DNA from: Gammaproteobacteria bacterium
Lineage (GTDB): Bacteria; Pseudomonadota; Gammaproteobacteria; QZLD01
Reading direction: 5' to 3'
Assembly: GCA_004796365.1 (NCBI GenBank)
Contig: QZLE01000201.1
Span: 1 to 59,929 of the forward strand
DNA length: 59,929 nt
In this document: positions 1-8,948 of the stretch, in pieces
Layout of the letters: each line of letters opens with the position of its first letter
How positions within the stretch are numbered: position 1 is the first letter of the stretch
Position numbers and translations under genes: made by a program
The notes under the pieces: model-generated
Databases searched by the model: none
Seen by the model: only the letters and a program-made list of their open reading frames with translations
Told to the model about the DNA's origin: nothing

Positions 1-192
1 CCTATCTATAAAGAGACATACGTAAAAAAACGCAATAAACAGGTTATTATACCTTCCGAGCTACCTACAGAAATCCAGTCTACTGCAACAACACCTAACA
101 ACACCGGCAAATATAGCGTCAAACGAACAATTTACGCAAACAGCATAACTCCTAAAAAAAACCTGAGCTTTGCTAAGCCAAAGATATCCTCC

Positions 193-906
193 TTGGCATC
201 AATGCTAACTGAAGAACCCCCCAAAAAATATACTGGAATATCCAAAGCTCCATTTGTTGGCCCTCCAACCATAAACCAATTTAAAGCTGACAACATCCAA
301 AACGAGGATAATATTCAGCTGGCTATGGTAGAAAGAAAACCTGCAACAGATACCCCTATATATTTTTATCAAGCAGAAGATAAAGAAATCGACCATTTTG
401 CCAATTTCAACCAAGATCAAGCAAAAGGCCGCTGGATTCTTATTGATACTGAGAAAAGCACTATATCAGTAATGCAAGATAATAAAGCCACCATGGTATT
501 GCACGATATTTCTATAGGTAGAAACGGAATTACCACAGATAAAACCATAAATGATGAGCAGACTCCCATCGGCAAGTTCAAAATAAACCGCATAAATAAT
601 AACAGCCATTACAAGTTATTTTTCGGAATAAACTACCCAACAAAGTCCTACGCAACGCAAGCTTACTTGAATGAGAAAATAGATTTCAGCACCTATAGCA
701 AAATTATTCGGGCCATCAACAAGGGTATCACACCACCACAACTCACTGATTTAGGTGGACATTTAGGAATTCATGGACTTGGAAAAGCTGATCCAGACAT
801 ACACAGACGCTTTAACTGGACAAAAGGATGCGTTGCTGTAACAAATAAGCAAATAATGAAACTTCGTAAGTATATAAAACTTGGGACAATTGTTGTTATT
901 AAGTAA
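193..906 (+). CDS. L,D-transpeptidase family protein (YkuD domain, YafK/DpaA-like)
   Basis: C-terminal motifs TPIGKFKI...INYP...GGHLGIHG...WTKGCVAVTN give the His/Cys catalytic pair. The TTG start is uncertain. Confidence 0.85.
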   Translation: MASMLTEEPPKKYTGISKAPFVGPPTINQFKADNIQNEDNIQLAMVERKPATDTPIYFYQAEDKEIDHFANFNQDQAKGRWILIDTEKSTISVMQDNKATMVLHDISIGRNGITTDKTINDEQTPIGKFKINRINNNSHYKLFFGINYPTKSYATQAYLNEKIDFSTYSKIIRAINKGITPPQLTDLGGHLGIHGLGKADPDIHRRFNWTKGCVAVTNKQIMKLRKYIKLGTIVVIK

Positions 907-1069
907 ATAAGTGTTTAATTAATTACGTTTTTTTAATTGAAACTTGTTTTTTTGTCTGTTAATTAGTGTATCGACCTTTATTACTGAAGGATTTATGCCT
1001 ACACTTACTGATGAGTGTTAATTTTGGAAAGTTCGGACAATTAAGCCGAAATGTTAAGGAGAAAAAACA

Positions 1070-1390
1070 ATGTCAAAAATTTTAGACGTTCTTAAATGGC
1101 CAGTACTAGGTGCATCTTTTGCTCTAATGGTTGGTTGCGCTTCAGACGGAAGTGTAGAAGCAATGGCTAAAGAAGCTAAAGCTGCTGCTGCAGCTGCTCA
1201 AGAATCTGCAGACGCTGCACAAGACACAGCTGACGAAGCTGATGCTAAAGCAACAGAAGCTCTAATCATAGCTAAAGAAGCTAATGCAAAAGCTGGTAAG
1301 GCTGGTGGTATGGCTAAATCAGCAGATTTCAGAGCTACAAGAAACACTATGAAAATCGATCGTATGTTCAAAAAGGCTATGTACAAGTAA
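1070..1390 (+). CDS. Lpp/OprI-like alanine-zipper outer-membrane lipoprotein
   Basis: RBS AGGAGA; lipobox LMVGC; Ala-rich coiled coil; ends ...KIDRMFKKAMYK with a terminal Lys; lies next to an L,D-transpeptidase gene. Confidence 0.85.
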   Translation: MSKILDVLKWPVLGASFALMVGCASDGSVEAMAKEAKAAAAAAQESADAAQDTADEADAKATEALIIAKEANAKAGKAGGMAKSADFRATRNTMKIDRMFKKAMYK

Positions 1391-1408
1391 TTAACCTGTA
1401 TTTAGTTT

Positions 1409-1440
1409 AAAAGCCCTGGTCTAACCCAGGGCTTTTTTTT
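1409..1440 (+). terminator. Rho-independent terminator after the lipoprotein gene
   Basis: Stem GCCCTGG/CCAGGGC followed by T8. Confidence 0.9.
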
Positions 1441-1606
1441 ATTTTTAATACACTATAGAATCACAACGCCTTGTTATTTTGGGCCTAATGTAGTTTTGGA
1501 ATATAAGCAAAGGGAAAACACTGATTTCTTCGAACTTTTTCTGAATTACCTAATCAAATGACTAGTTGATAGCCATATACGAATAATTGATGTACGAGAA
1601 TTAAGA

Positions 1607-2548
1607 ATGAAGCAAACTCTTCATATACTTGCAATGTTGACCATTTGCATTTTACCTTCACTTTCATTCGCAGGAACCTATATCCTTCCACCTGAAGGAA
1701 TCGATGTATTTGGCGAAACATTTACCATAAAGGCAAAAGAAGAAGACACTCTTTTGGATATAGGGAGGCGTTATGGTGTTGGCTTCAATGAAATGAAATC
1801 TGCGAACCCAAATGTTGATATGTGGGTTCCCGGCAAAGGTACAGCTGTCACCATTCCTACCCAGTTCATTTTACCTCCAGGCCCTAGAGATGGCGTAGTT
1901 GTGAATGTGGCAGAAATGAGAATCTATTTCTACCCTAAACCTAAAGATGACGAAAAACCAATCGTAACCACATTCCCTATAAGTGTAGGCAGAATGGATT
2001 GGAATACACCACTAGGTGAAACCAAGATCACCGCTAAAGTAAAAGACCCTGCATGGTATCCACCCAAATCAATACGAGATGAACATGAGGCTGATGGTGA
2101 CCCACTCCCATTAAGAGTTCCACCTGGTCCCGATAATCCACTAGGCAACTATGCTATGCGGCTCGGCATTCCTGGATACCTAATACATGGCACCAACAAA
2201 CCCCAAGGACTTGGGATGCGCGTTACACATGGCTGTATACGCATGTACCCTGAAGATATCGAATATTTTTTCAACATCGTGCCAAAAGGTACAAAAGTGC
2301 GCATCATTAACGCACCCTACAAAGCTGGGTGGCTAATGGACCAGCTTTATTTAGAAGCTCATGAACTACTTGAAGAAGATGAGGTTGAGCACAAGGCATT
2401 TGATAACTACGAGCCTCTTGTAGATGCAGTTGCACGCGCTACAGAGCTAAGGTTAGAGAAGATTGATCGTTTTGCAATAAAGCGTATTTCTAACGAAAAG
2501 ACAGGGGTTCCTCAATTAATATCACGTACAGAGGCGACTATTCGCTAA
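1607..2548 (+). CDS. L,D-transpeptidase, ErfK/YbiS/YcfS/YnhG family (LysM + YkuD + C-terminal domain)
   Basis: Signal peptide; LysM-like DTLLDIGRRYGVG...ANP; PPGPDNPLG; YLIHGTN...RVTHGCIRM. Confidence 0.93.
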   Translation: MKQTLHILAMLTICILPSLSFAGTYILPPEGIDVFGETFTIKAKEEDTLLDIGRRYGVGFNEMKSANPNVDMWVPGKGTAVTIPTQFILPPGPRDGVVVNVAEMRIYFYPKPKDDEKPIVTTFPISVGRMDWNTPLGETKITAKVKDPAWYPPKSIRDEHEADGDPLPLRVPPGPDNPLGNYAMRLGIPGYLIHGTNKPQGLGMRVTHGCIRMYPEDIEYFFNIVPKGTKVRIINAPYKAGWLMDQLYLEAHELLEEDEVEHKAFDNYEPLVDAVARATELRLEKIDRFAIKRISNEKTGVPQLISRTEATIR

Positions 2549-2761
2549 CAACAATACAATTTTTTTTCAACTGTTTTTTGAACTAGAAAATTGAATTACG
2601 TCACAAAAGAAGTATAATTAATTTATATAAAAAAATACAAACTTTAATATCGATGATGAAATTTGCGCAATATAAAATTGCCGCCAGAACAAATGATAAC
2701 AACCTACATGGAATGAGGTAAAAAAAGGCTGCAAAAAAATGCGTAACAGGAGAGAGAAGTT

Positions 2762-3241
2762 ATGGCTGACAATGACCTACTTCAGAGCTTGGTGGATTCA
2801 AGTTATACACTTGTTCACATAAAAACTGACGATGCTGAAAGGATACTAGACATATTCCAGCGCTTTAACCATGAGACTGGATGCGCCGTATACAACTGGC
2901 ATAATGACACTGGCTTGCACAGGGTTGGTTTTGAGCATATTCTGATTCCACGCACAAAATCTGACCTAGATTTAGCAAACTACATACGCACAGCAAGACA
3001 CTTTGGCATTTACTTTTTAAGCGACTTCCAAAAAACCCTTGATAACGAAGCTATTCAAAACCAAATTCTTGAGATATCGCAAAAGAAAGACGGTGTGCGT
3101 AGACTGCTTGCTATAATTGGCAAAAACATTGTCATACCAGAACAACTTAAAGGGATTACTTGCACTATTAAGCACGGTCATAAACCTGTGCAGCAACCGC
3201 AAACCAATATTCATACATTTGCCGCTGCAGCCGGATACTAA
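2762..3241 (+). CDS. Hypothetical protein resembling the N-terminal non-catalytic part of Ycf46-type AAA ATPases
   Basis: RBS AGGAGAG; pattern of hydrophobic strand, YxW...GL, GIYFLxDF; no P-loop. Confidence 0.55.
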   Translation: MADNDLLQSLVDSSYTLVHIKTDDAERILDIFQRFNHETGCAVYNWHNDTGLHRVGFEHILIPRTKSDLDLANYIRTARHFGIYFLSDFQKTLDNEAIQNQILEISQKKDGVRRLLAIIGKNIVIPEQLKGITCTIKHGHKPVQQPQTNIHTFAAAAGY

Positions 3242-3551
3242 TACTTTCTGACTGCTTATCTTTCTTCGTATTGTGCCGATTTTTTACAGTCGATACATAC
3301 AAGCACCTATTCCTTTAGCCTGTTATACCCTTAACATGTTCTGTTTATACATTCTATGCGCAACAGCAGTCGCAACTACCAAACTAGTCATTTCATTCAA
3401 AATCAGACAATTACATCATTAGATATTTCTTCAATTTTTTTTATTCAGTGAACCAGATTACGAAAACAACAAAAACTTCAATAACGACACACAAAATAGT
3501 GCTACTATTTGCATAGGTAATGATAATAATATGTAAAAAAAAGGTGTATTC

Positions 3552-4433
3552 ATGGCTGAATTTGTTCGCGTTAGGGATTTTAATTGTAAATATGAAGTTA
3601 CTGGTAATCTATCAAGCAAAGAAAACATACTGTTTCTTAACGGTATAGCAAGCACTATCGAATCTTGGTCATATCACAGAAAGCAGTTTGAAACCGACTA
3701 TAAGGTTATTGGGCTTGAATACCGCGGCCAATGGCATTCTGATGCAACTCCTGGCCCATACACTTTTAAAAATCATGCTGAAGAGGTAGTAGAGCTACTA
3801 AAAATCCTTGAAGTTAATAAAGTACACATTATCTCAACAAGCCTTGGCGGCGAAATAGCAATGCAACTTAGTGTAGATTTCCCTGAAATTGTTCAAAGCC
3901 TCACTGTAATTGCATCTGTATCAGAAGCGGATGACATCCTTGTTAGCCAGGTTGGTAGGTGGGGAGCCTTTGCAAAGGATACTATTGAACAGCACGATAT
4001 ATTACCTAAAGAGCAAAGAGGTGATTATTTAAAGGGGGCAGCCCACTCTTTCTTACACAACGCTATTCCTGAGATGTATGGCAACAAATTTTATAACAAT
4101 AATTTTCATGTCATCAAAGAAAGGGACCTCCAGTTTATGGAAAATATCACCCGCAACTTCTTTGCTGGCCATCAATTGCTTTGCGAAATGTTCGCGGGTA
4201 TTGCAGATAAAGAAAAGATGACACCAAACTTGCATAAGATTAAGTGCCCATCACTGATTATTGCCGGCGGCATGGATATTTTAAAACCCCCTTCATACAG
4301 CAAGATTATTGCTGACAACATCCCTGATTCTGATTATGTAGTCTTTCCCGATGCCGGCCACGCTGTAGCTATTGAGAGAGCGCCTAGAATATGCGATCTG
4401 GCATTGGGGCATATCAAACGCAGCAGCAAATAG
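3552..4433 (+). CDS. Alpha/beta-fold hydrolase (enol-lactonase/aminoacrylate hydrolase-like)
   Basis: LFLNG oxyanion region, RGQWHS, nucleophile STSLGG, GGMD acid, AGHA His. Confidence 0.85.
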   Translation: MAEFVRVRDFNCKYEVTGNLSSKENILFLNGIASTIESWSYHRKQFETDYKVIGLEYRGQWHSDATPGPYTFKNHAEEVVELLKILEVNKVHIISTSLGGEIAMQLSVDFPEIVQSLTVIASVSEADDILVSQVGRWGAFAKDTIEQHDILPKEQRGDYLKGAAHSFLHNAIPEMYGNKFYNNNFHVIKERDLQFMENITRNFFAGHQLLCEMFAGIADKEKMTPNLHKIKCPSLIIAGGMDILKPPSYSKIIADNIPDSDYVVFPDAGHAVAIERAPRICDLALGHIKRSSK

Positions 4434-4487
4434 TTTTCCTTTTTACCGCTGAAACTTTAAGCGCAAGTCATTGTTAATTGAATACAA

Positions 4488-4505
4488 CATGATATTATTA
4501 TCATG
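4488..4505. promoter_or_regulatory. Palindromic operator candidate upstream of the Fur-family gene
   Basis: Perfect inverted repeat CATGATA-ttat-TATCATG, resembling Fur/Zur boxes, overlapping a possible -10 (TATTAT). Confidence 0.45.
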
Positions 4506-4524
4506 ATTTTTAATATGCTAATGG

Positions 4525-5010
4525 TTGACCATGAGAACTACAGAAAGGCTTATTGACAATATTGATCTTGAACAAGCTATGGCTAAGGCCGTAGACCTAT
4601 GTAAAAGCAAAAACATTAGGCTGACTAAAACTCGCAAGCGTGTTCTGGAAATAATATGGCAGAACCAGGGCATCTTAAAAGCATACGATATCCTTGAGAT
4701 CCTTGAAAAAGAGGATAAATCAGCAAAGCCTATTACGGTGTACCGCGCACTAGACTTCTTAATTGAAAACGGCCTTGCATACAAGGTTGAAAGCATTAAT
4801 TCCTTCTTCAGCTGCCCTAAAATTGACCAAACATGCGAGTTCCAGTTGTTAATATGTGACAAATGCGGAAAAGTCGAAGCAGTACCAACCCCAGAGGCCT
4901 GCAGATCGCTTGACCAATATGCCAATGAACTGGGCTTTAAGGTCACCTCAAAGGTAATTGAGGCCCACGGAGCATGCAAAGAGTGCCAAAACTGCACTGT
5001 AGGCAAATGA
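4525..5010 (+). CDS. Fur-family transcriptional regulator, Zur-like
   Basis: RLTKTRKRVL, KPITVYRALDFL, KVESINSF, and two CxxC motifs (CDKC, CKEC). Confidence 0.9.
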   Translation: MTMRTTERLIDNIDLEQAMAKAVDLCKSKNIRLTKTRKRVLEIIWQNQGILKAYDILEILEKEDKSAKPITVYRALDFLIENGLAYKVESINSFFSCPKIDQTCEFQLLICDKCGKVEAVPTPEACRSLDQYANELGFKVTSKVIEAHGACKECQNCTVGK

Positions 5011-5016
5011 TCTATA

Positions 5017-6117
5017 ATGAAAATTGATGGCCAATTACGCACATCGATTTGGTATGACCGAAACAAAAGCTGTGTTTCAATACTTGACCAAACACAACTC
5101 CCTTTTTCAATCAAATATATCGATCTGACCGAAGTCGATCACTTTATTACTGCCATAAGAACGATGCAGGTACGCGGAGCGCCACTGATTGGTGTAACCG
5201 GGGCCTTTGGTTTGGCTTTTGCATTAAAAGAAAATCCTTCTGATATGTATATTGAAGAAATCTCTTTCAGAATTGCCAATGCACGCCCTACTGCTGTCAA
5301 TCTACAATGGGCTGTGGATGAAGTACTGAATGCGATCAAATATGTAGATACCGATTCCCGTTTTGATATAGCCCTTAGAACTGCAAAAAAAATCAGGCAA
5401 GACGATATTGAAAACTGCTCTTTGATCGGCGACTACGGGCTGAAAATTATTCAGAATTTATACGATTCTATTTCGAATAAACGTACTATAAACATTCTTA
5501 CCCACTGTAATGCCGGCTGGTTGGCTACCATTGACTGGGGTACAGCAATTGCACCTATATATAAAGCTCAAGAAGCTGGGATTCCTATTCATGTTTGGGT
5601 GGATGAAACCAGACCTAGAAACCAGGGCACAAGCCTGACTGCTTTTGAGTTAGGGCAACAAGGCATTGCTCATACTATTATTCCAGATAATACCGGCGGC
5701 CATCTAATGCAGCACGGCATGGTAGATCTTTGTATTGTCGGCTCCGACAGAACCACAACGCAAGGCGATGTGTGCAATAAGATAGGCACTTATCTTAAGG
5801 CATTAGCTGCATTCGATAATAATGTGCCATTTTATGCCGCTCTTCCCTGCTCAACCTTTGATTGGTCAATCACTGATGGCATCAAAGAGATTCCGATTGA
5901 ACAACGTGATGCAATCGAAGTTACTCATATGACTGGTGTAAATTCTGACAACATAATTAATACGATAAGGATTTCTCCAGAAAGCAGCCCGGTCGCAAAT
6001 TATGGTTTTGATGTTACCCCGGCCAAATACATCACCGGGATTATAACCGAGAAGGGCATTTTCAAAGCCAACAAAGACTCACTGTATCAACTAAAGCAGC
6101 AACTAGGTTTATCATGA
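5017..6117 (+). CDS. mtnA: S-methyl-5-thioribose-1-phosphate isomerase
   Basis: MQVRGAPLIG, ARPTAVNL, LTHCNAGWLAT, VDETRP, GSDR, NKIGTY, FDVTP motifs. Confidence 0.95.
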   Translation: MKIDGQLRTSIWYDRNKSCVSILDQTQLPFSIKYIDLTEVDHFITAIRTMQVRGAPLIGVTGAFGLAFALKENPSDMYIEEISFRIANARPTAVNLQWAVDEVLNAIKYVDTDSRFDIALRTAKKIRQDDIENCSLIGDYGLKIIQNLYDSISNKRTINILTHCNAGWLATIDWGTAIAPIYKAQEAGIPIHVWVDETRPRNQGTSLTAFELGQQGIAHTIIPDNTGGHLMQHGMVDLCIVGSDRTTTQGDVCNKIGTYLKALAAFDNNVPFYAALPCSTFDWSITDGIKEIPIEQRDAIEVTHMTGVNSDNIINTIRISPESSPVANYGFDVTPAKYITGIITEKGIFKANKDSLYQLKQQLGLS

Positions 6118-6776
6118 TCACCCCTGATGACTTACAACACAACCCATCACAGAAACAAAGCTCACAACAAATAATTTCTGCTATTAACAAGCTTTGTCAA
6201 GCACGGCTAATTTCCGGCTCTTCTGGCAATGTTAGTTGCCGCTATGAAGATGGCTTTTTGATCACACCCTCAGCAGTAGGGTATGAAGATTTAAAGGCTG
6301 AAATGATCGTTTATGTTGATATGGACGGTAATAAACAAGGTGATTGCAATCCATCAAGCGAATGGCGCATTCACAGAGATCTTTATGCTATTAACAGCGC
6401 AACCCGTGCAGTAATTCATACCCACTCTATGTATTGCTCGATACTGGCTTGCTCACACCGTGAAATTCCTTCGTTTCATTATATGGTTGCCATAGCCGGT
6501 GGTAAAAAAATACCATGTGCTCAATACGCAACCTTTGGCACTAAACAGCTCTCGGATAACATAATTGACGCTATAGATGGATATAAGGCATGCATTATGG
6601 CAAACCATGGAGCCGTTTTTACAGGCGCCGACCTAAACTCTGCATTCGATCTTGCCGTTGAAATCGAACAACTTGCACAACAGTATTGCGAGCTACTGAA
6701 GATCGGTGAAATTCAACTGGTGGATGATGCTGAAATGGATATAATTCTAGAGAAGTTTAATTCATACAAGGCTTAG
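6114..6776 (+). CDS. Class II aldolase (FucA-like; probable Ald2/DrdA-type methylthio- or deoxy-ribulose-1-phosphate aldolase)
   Basis: SGNVS, PSSEWRIH, HTHS, FHYMVA, NHG motifs; ATGA overlap with mtnA. Confidence 0.88.
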   Translation: MITPDDLQHNPSQKQSSQQIISAINKLCQARLISGSSGNVSCRYEDGFLITPSAVGYEDLKAEMIVYVDMDGNKQGDCNPSSEWRIHRDLYAINSATRAVIHTHSMYCSILACSHREIPSFHYMVAIAGGKKIPCAQYATFGTKQLSDNIIDAIDGYKACIMANHGAVFTGADLNSAFDLAVEIEQLAQQYCELLKIGEIQLVDDAEMDIILEKFNSYKA

Positions 6777-6782
6777 CATTTC

Positions 6783-7538
6783 CTACCTGGCCAGATAACC
6801 GCCATCAACTTCCATTGCTGTTCCAGTTACAAAACTAGCTTCATCACTAAAGAGCCACAAAACAGCATTTGTAACCTCTTTGCAACTCCCAAGCCTTTTA
6901 ACAGGGTGCATATTTTCAAGGGTTGTCCTTTGCTGTTCATCATCTATGACCCCAATTCGTTCCAGCATCGGTGTTTCAATATATCCTGGACAAACGGCAT
7001 TTACCCTAATCCCTTTGGTTGCATACTCAAGAGCAGCCGTCTTGGTTAAACCAATAACCCCATGCTTGGAAGCACAATATGGTGAAGCAGTCTTATGGCC
7101 TACTTTACCCAGAATCGAAGCGTTATTCACAATTACGCCACTTTTTTGCTCTTGCATCACCTCTAGTTCATATTTCATACTACGCCAAACGCCACTTAGA
7201 TTTACATCAATCATTTTTAAAAACAGGTCTTCTTCATAGTCTGCAGTAAAACCTGCAAAACCTGACTCTATACCGGCATTGTTAAAGGCGTAATCAACAG
7301 AACCAAAACTACCCAACGCCACTCGTATGGCATCCTGAAGGCTTGACGACATGGTCACGTCGGTTTGCTGAAATAACGCTCTGCCTCCGGCACTGATTAT
7401 CTCAAACTGGAGTCTTGAGCCTTCAATATCGTCAATATCAGCAATTACAATCGCGGCTCCCTTTTTGGCACAATCCAAAGCAACCTGCTTTCCAATTCCA
7501 GATGAACCCCCGGTAATTAAAACAACCTTTTCTTGCAT
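6783..7538 (-). CDS. Short-chain dehydrogenase/reductase
   Basis: TGGSSGIG, NNAG, YCASK, NAVCPG motifs; convergent on the aldolase gene. Confidence 0.93.
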   Translation of the reverse strand: MQEKVVLITGGSSGIGKQVALDCAKKGAAIVIADIDDIEGSRLQFEIISAGGRALFQQTDVTMSSSLQDAIRVALGSFGSVDYAFNNAGIESGFAGFTADYEEDLFLKMIDVNLSGVWRSMKYELEVMQEQKSGVIVNNASILGKVGHKTASPYCASKHGVIGLTKTAALEYATKGIRVNAVCPGYIETPMLERIGVIDDEQQRTTLENMHPVKRLGSCKEVTNAVLWLFSDEASFVTGTAMEVDGGYLAR

Positions 7539-7547
7539 AGTTTTTCC

Positions 7548-8138
7548 TTAAACAGTTACCCCAAATTCAACTGACTGTTTTATCACCTCGTATGCCTGAC
7601 GTACTGCAATAAAGTCTGAATGACTACCTCCTTTGTCAGGATGGCATTTTGTGACAAGTTTGCGATACTTCTTTTTAACCACATTTATTGGTTCTCTTTG
7701 TGCTAATTCCAGCGTTTTATATGCTGAAATCAGCTTATCCTGATTAAAATACATCTGCCAGAAACTATTAAGCATCTCTAATACCTGTTCTTGATCGGTT
7801 TTATTATAGTTTTCCCAATCAAGGTAGTATTCTCTGACCGAACTAGTCTCTGACAAAGCATTATAAGATGACTTTTCAGAACAATACTCTGTCACAACGG
7901 ATACTCTAACAGAGGTTATATCAAGGTATATGGCATCATTTTCCCAAAGGCTCAGTTGGAGCTGATAAAGGGCATTCATAGTTATAAAATGTTTTTGAAA
8001 TAAGGCAAGCTCATCCTCATCTGCCAGATTATTAAAATACTCTTTTGCTTCAAGCATTTTAATAATTTCGAATTCAGTTATGCCCTCAGGTTTTTGCTCA
8101 ATAAAACTTAGGATTTCAGCTATTAATGGGTTTTTCAA
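7548..8138 (-). CDS. DnaJ-related protein (N-terminal DNA-J-related domain + C-terminal J domain)
   Basis: LFQKHFITMNALYQL and LREYYLDW-like N-terminal region; C-terminal HPDKGG. Confidence 0.85.
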   Translation of the reverse strand: MKNPLIAEILSFIEQKPEGITEFEIIKMLEAKEYFNNLADEDELALFQKHFITMNALYQLQLSLWENDAIYLDITSVRVSVVTEYCSEKSSYNALSETSSVREYYLDWENYNKTDQEQVLEMLNSFWQMYFNQDKLISAYKTLELAQREPINVVKKKYRKLVTKCHPDKGGSHSDFIAVRQAYEVIKQSVEFGVTV

Positions 8139-8182
8139 GTTGGTTCCACAAATATTTATCTACGTTATCTATATTCTAGACG

Positions 8183-8215
8183 AAAAAAAACCTGGCACAG
8201 GACCAGGCTTTTTTT
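8183..8215 (-). terminator. Rho-independent terminator of pduL
   Basis: CCTGG/CCAGG stem flanked by A8 and T7 tracts. Confidence 0.8.
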
Positions 8216-8233
8216 AATGGAAATCTGCAGGTA

Positions 8234-8809
8234 TTACTTGATGATCTCACCCATTGTACCGTTACCGATACCACAGGCATTACCTTCATCAAGATCAAGG
8301 TGAGCTTCAAGAGCATACGCCTTGTTTACGCGAGCAACAACGTCACCAAAGATAGTCTCACGACCTTCAACACCAACTTTCAGTGAAACAACTTGATTAT
8401 CTTCAATACCAAAGTTTGCTGCGCTTTCTGGATCCATGTGTATGTGACGCTTCGCAATCATTAGGCCTTTGTCTTTATTTATAGAACCAGCAGGGCCAAT
8501 AATTTCAAAAGATGCACTACCATCCAGCTTACCAGACTCTTTTACTGGAACTTGCTGTGTAGTAAGTTTGATTGCGTCAGATTGCATGATTTCGCACTGA
8601 CTTTCCGGGCGACACGGACCAAGTACACGAACTCTCTCGATCTTGCCTTTATCACCAGCGATAGTAACAACTTCTTCACACGCATACTGACCAGGCTGCT
8701 TAAGATCTTTGAATTGTTTCAGAGCATAACCAGCTCCGAAAAGAACATCAACGTCTTCTTGAGAAAGGTGGATGTGACGGTTTGATAGGTTTACTAGTAC
8801 TTCTGCCAT
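8234..8809 (-). CDS. pduL: Phosphate propanoyltransferase (PduL-type phosphotransacylase)
   Basis: SNRHIHLS, QPGQYA, RVLGP.R...Q.E, ESG.L.GS, AKRHIHM, HLDLDEGNA motifs; RBS GGAG. Confidence 0.92.
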   Translation of the reverse strand: MAEVLVNLSNRHIHLSQEDVDVLFGAGYALKQFKDLKQPGQYACEEVVTIAGDKGKIERVRVLGPCRPESQCEIMQSDAIKLTTQQVPVKESGKLDGSASFEIIGPAGSINKDKGLMIAKRHIHMDPESAANFGIEDNQVVSLKVGVEGRETIFGDVVARVNKAYALEAHLDLDEGNACGIGNGTMGEIIK

Positions 8810-8856
8810 GTTCAGCTCCAGTATTGATTGGTTTATGGAATTATTAACTGGCGGAA

Positions 8857-8885
8857 ATTATATATGAGGCACCAAGCCCTTTCAA
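8857..8885 (-). promoter_or_regulatory. Sigma70 promoter for pduL
   Basis: On the minus strand TTGAAA-N17-TATAAT, about 50 bp upstream of the start codon. Confidence 0.7.
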
Positions 8886-8948
8886 TAAAAACCCAGCAAA
8901 AGCAAGCTAACAAGAAAACTATTCACAGCCTTAATGTTGACCGTTTTC

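Noticed and set aside
2590-2605. ATTGA-N6-TCACA CRP-like site
   Set aside because: Only one good half-site in very AT-rich DNA; too likely by chance.
4518-5114. 198-aa minus-strand ORF
   Set aside because: Antisense to the well-supported Zur-like and mtnA genes.
6783-7538. SDR as the aldehyde reductase of the DHAP shunt
   Set aside because: Opposite strand and apparently linked to the DnaJ-related gene; only proximity supports the idea.
8234-8809. pduL as evidence for a bacterial microcompartment locus
   Set aside because: No shell, aldehyde dehydrogenase or signature enzyme genes nearby.
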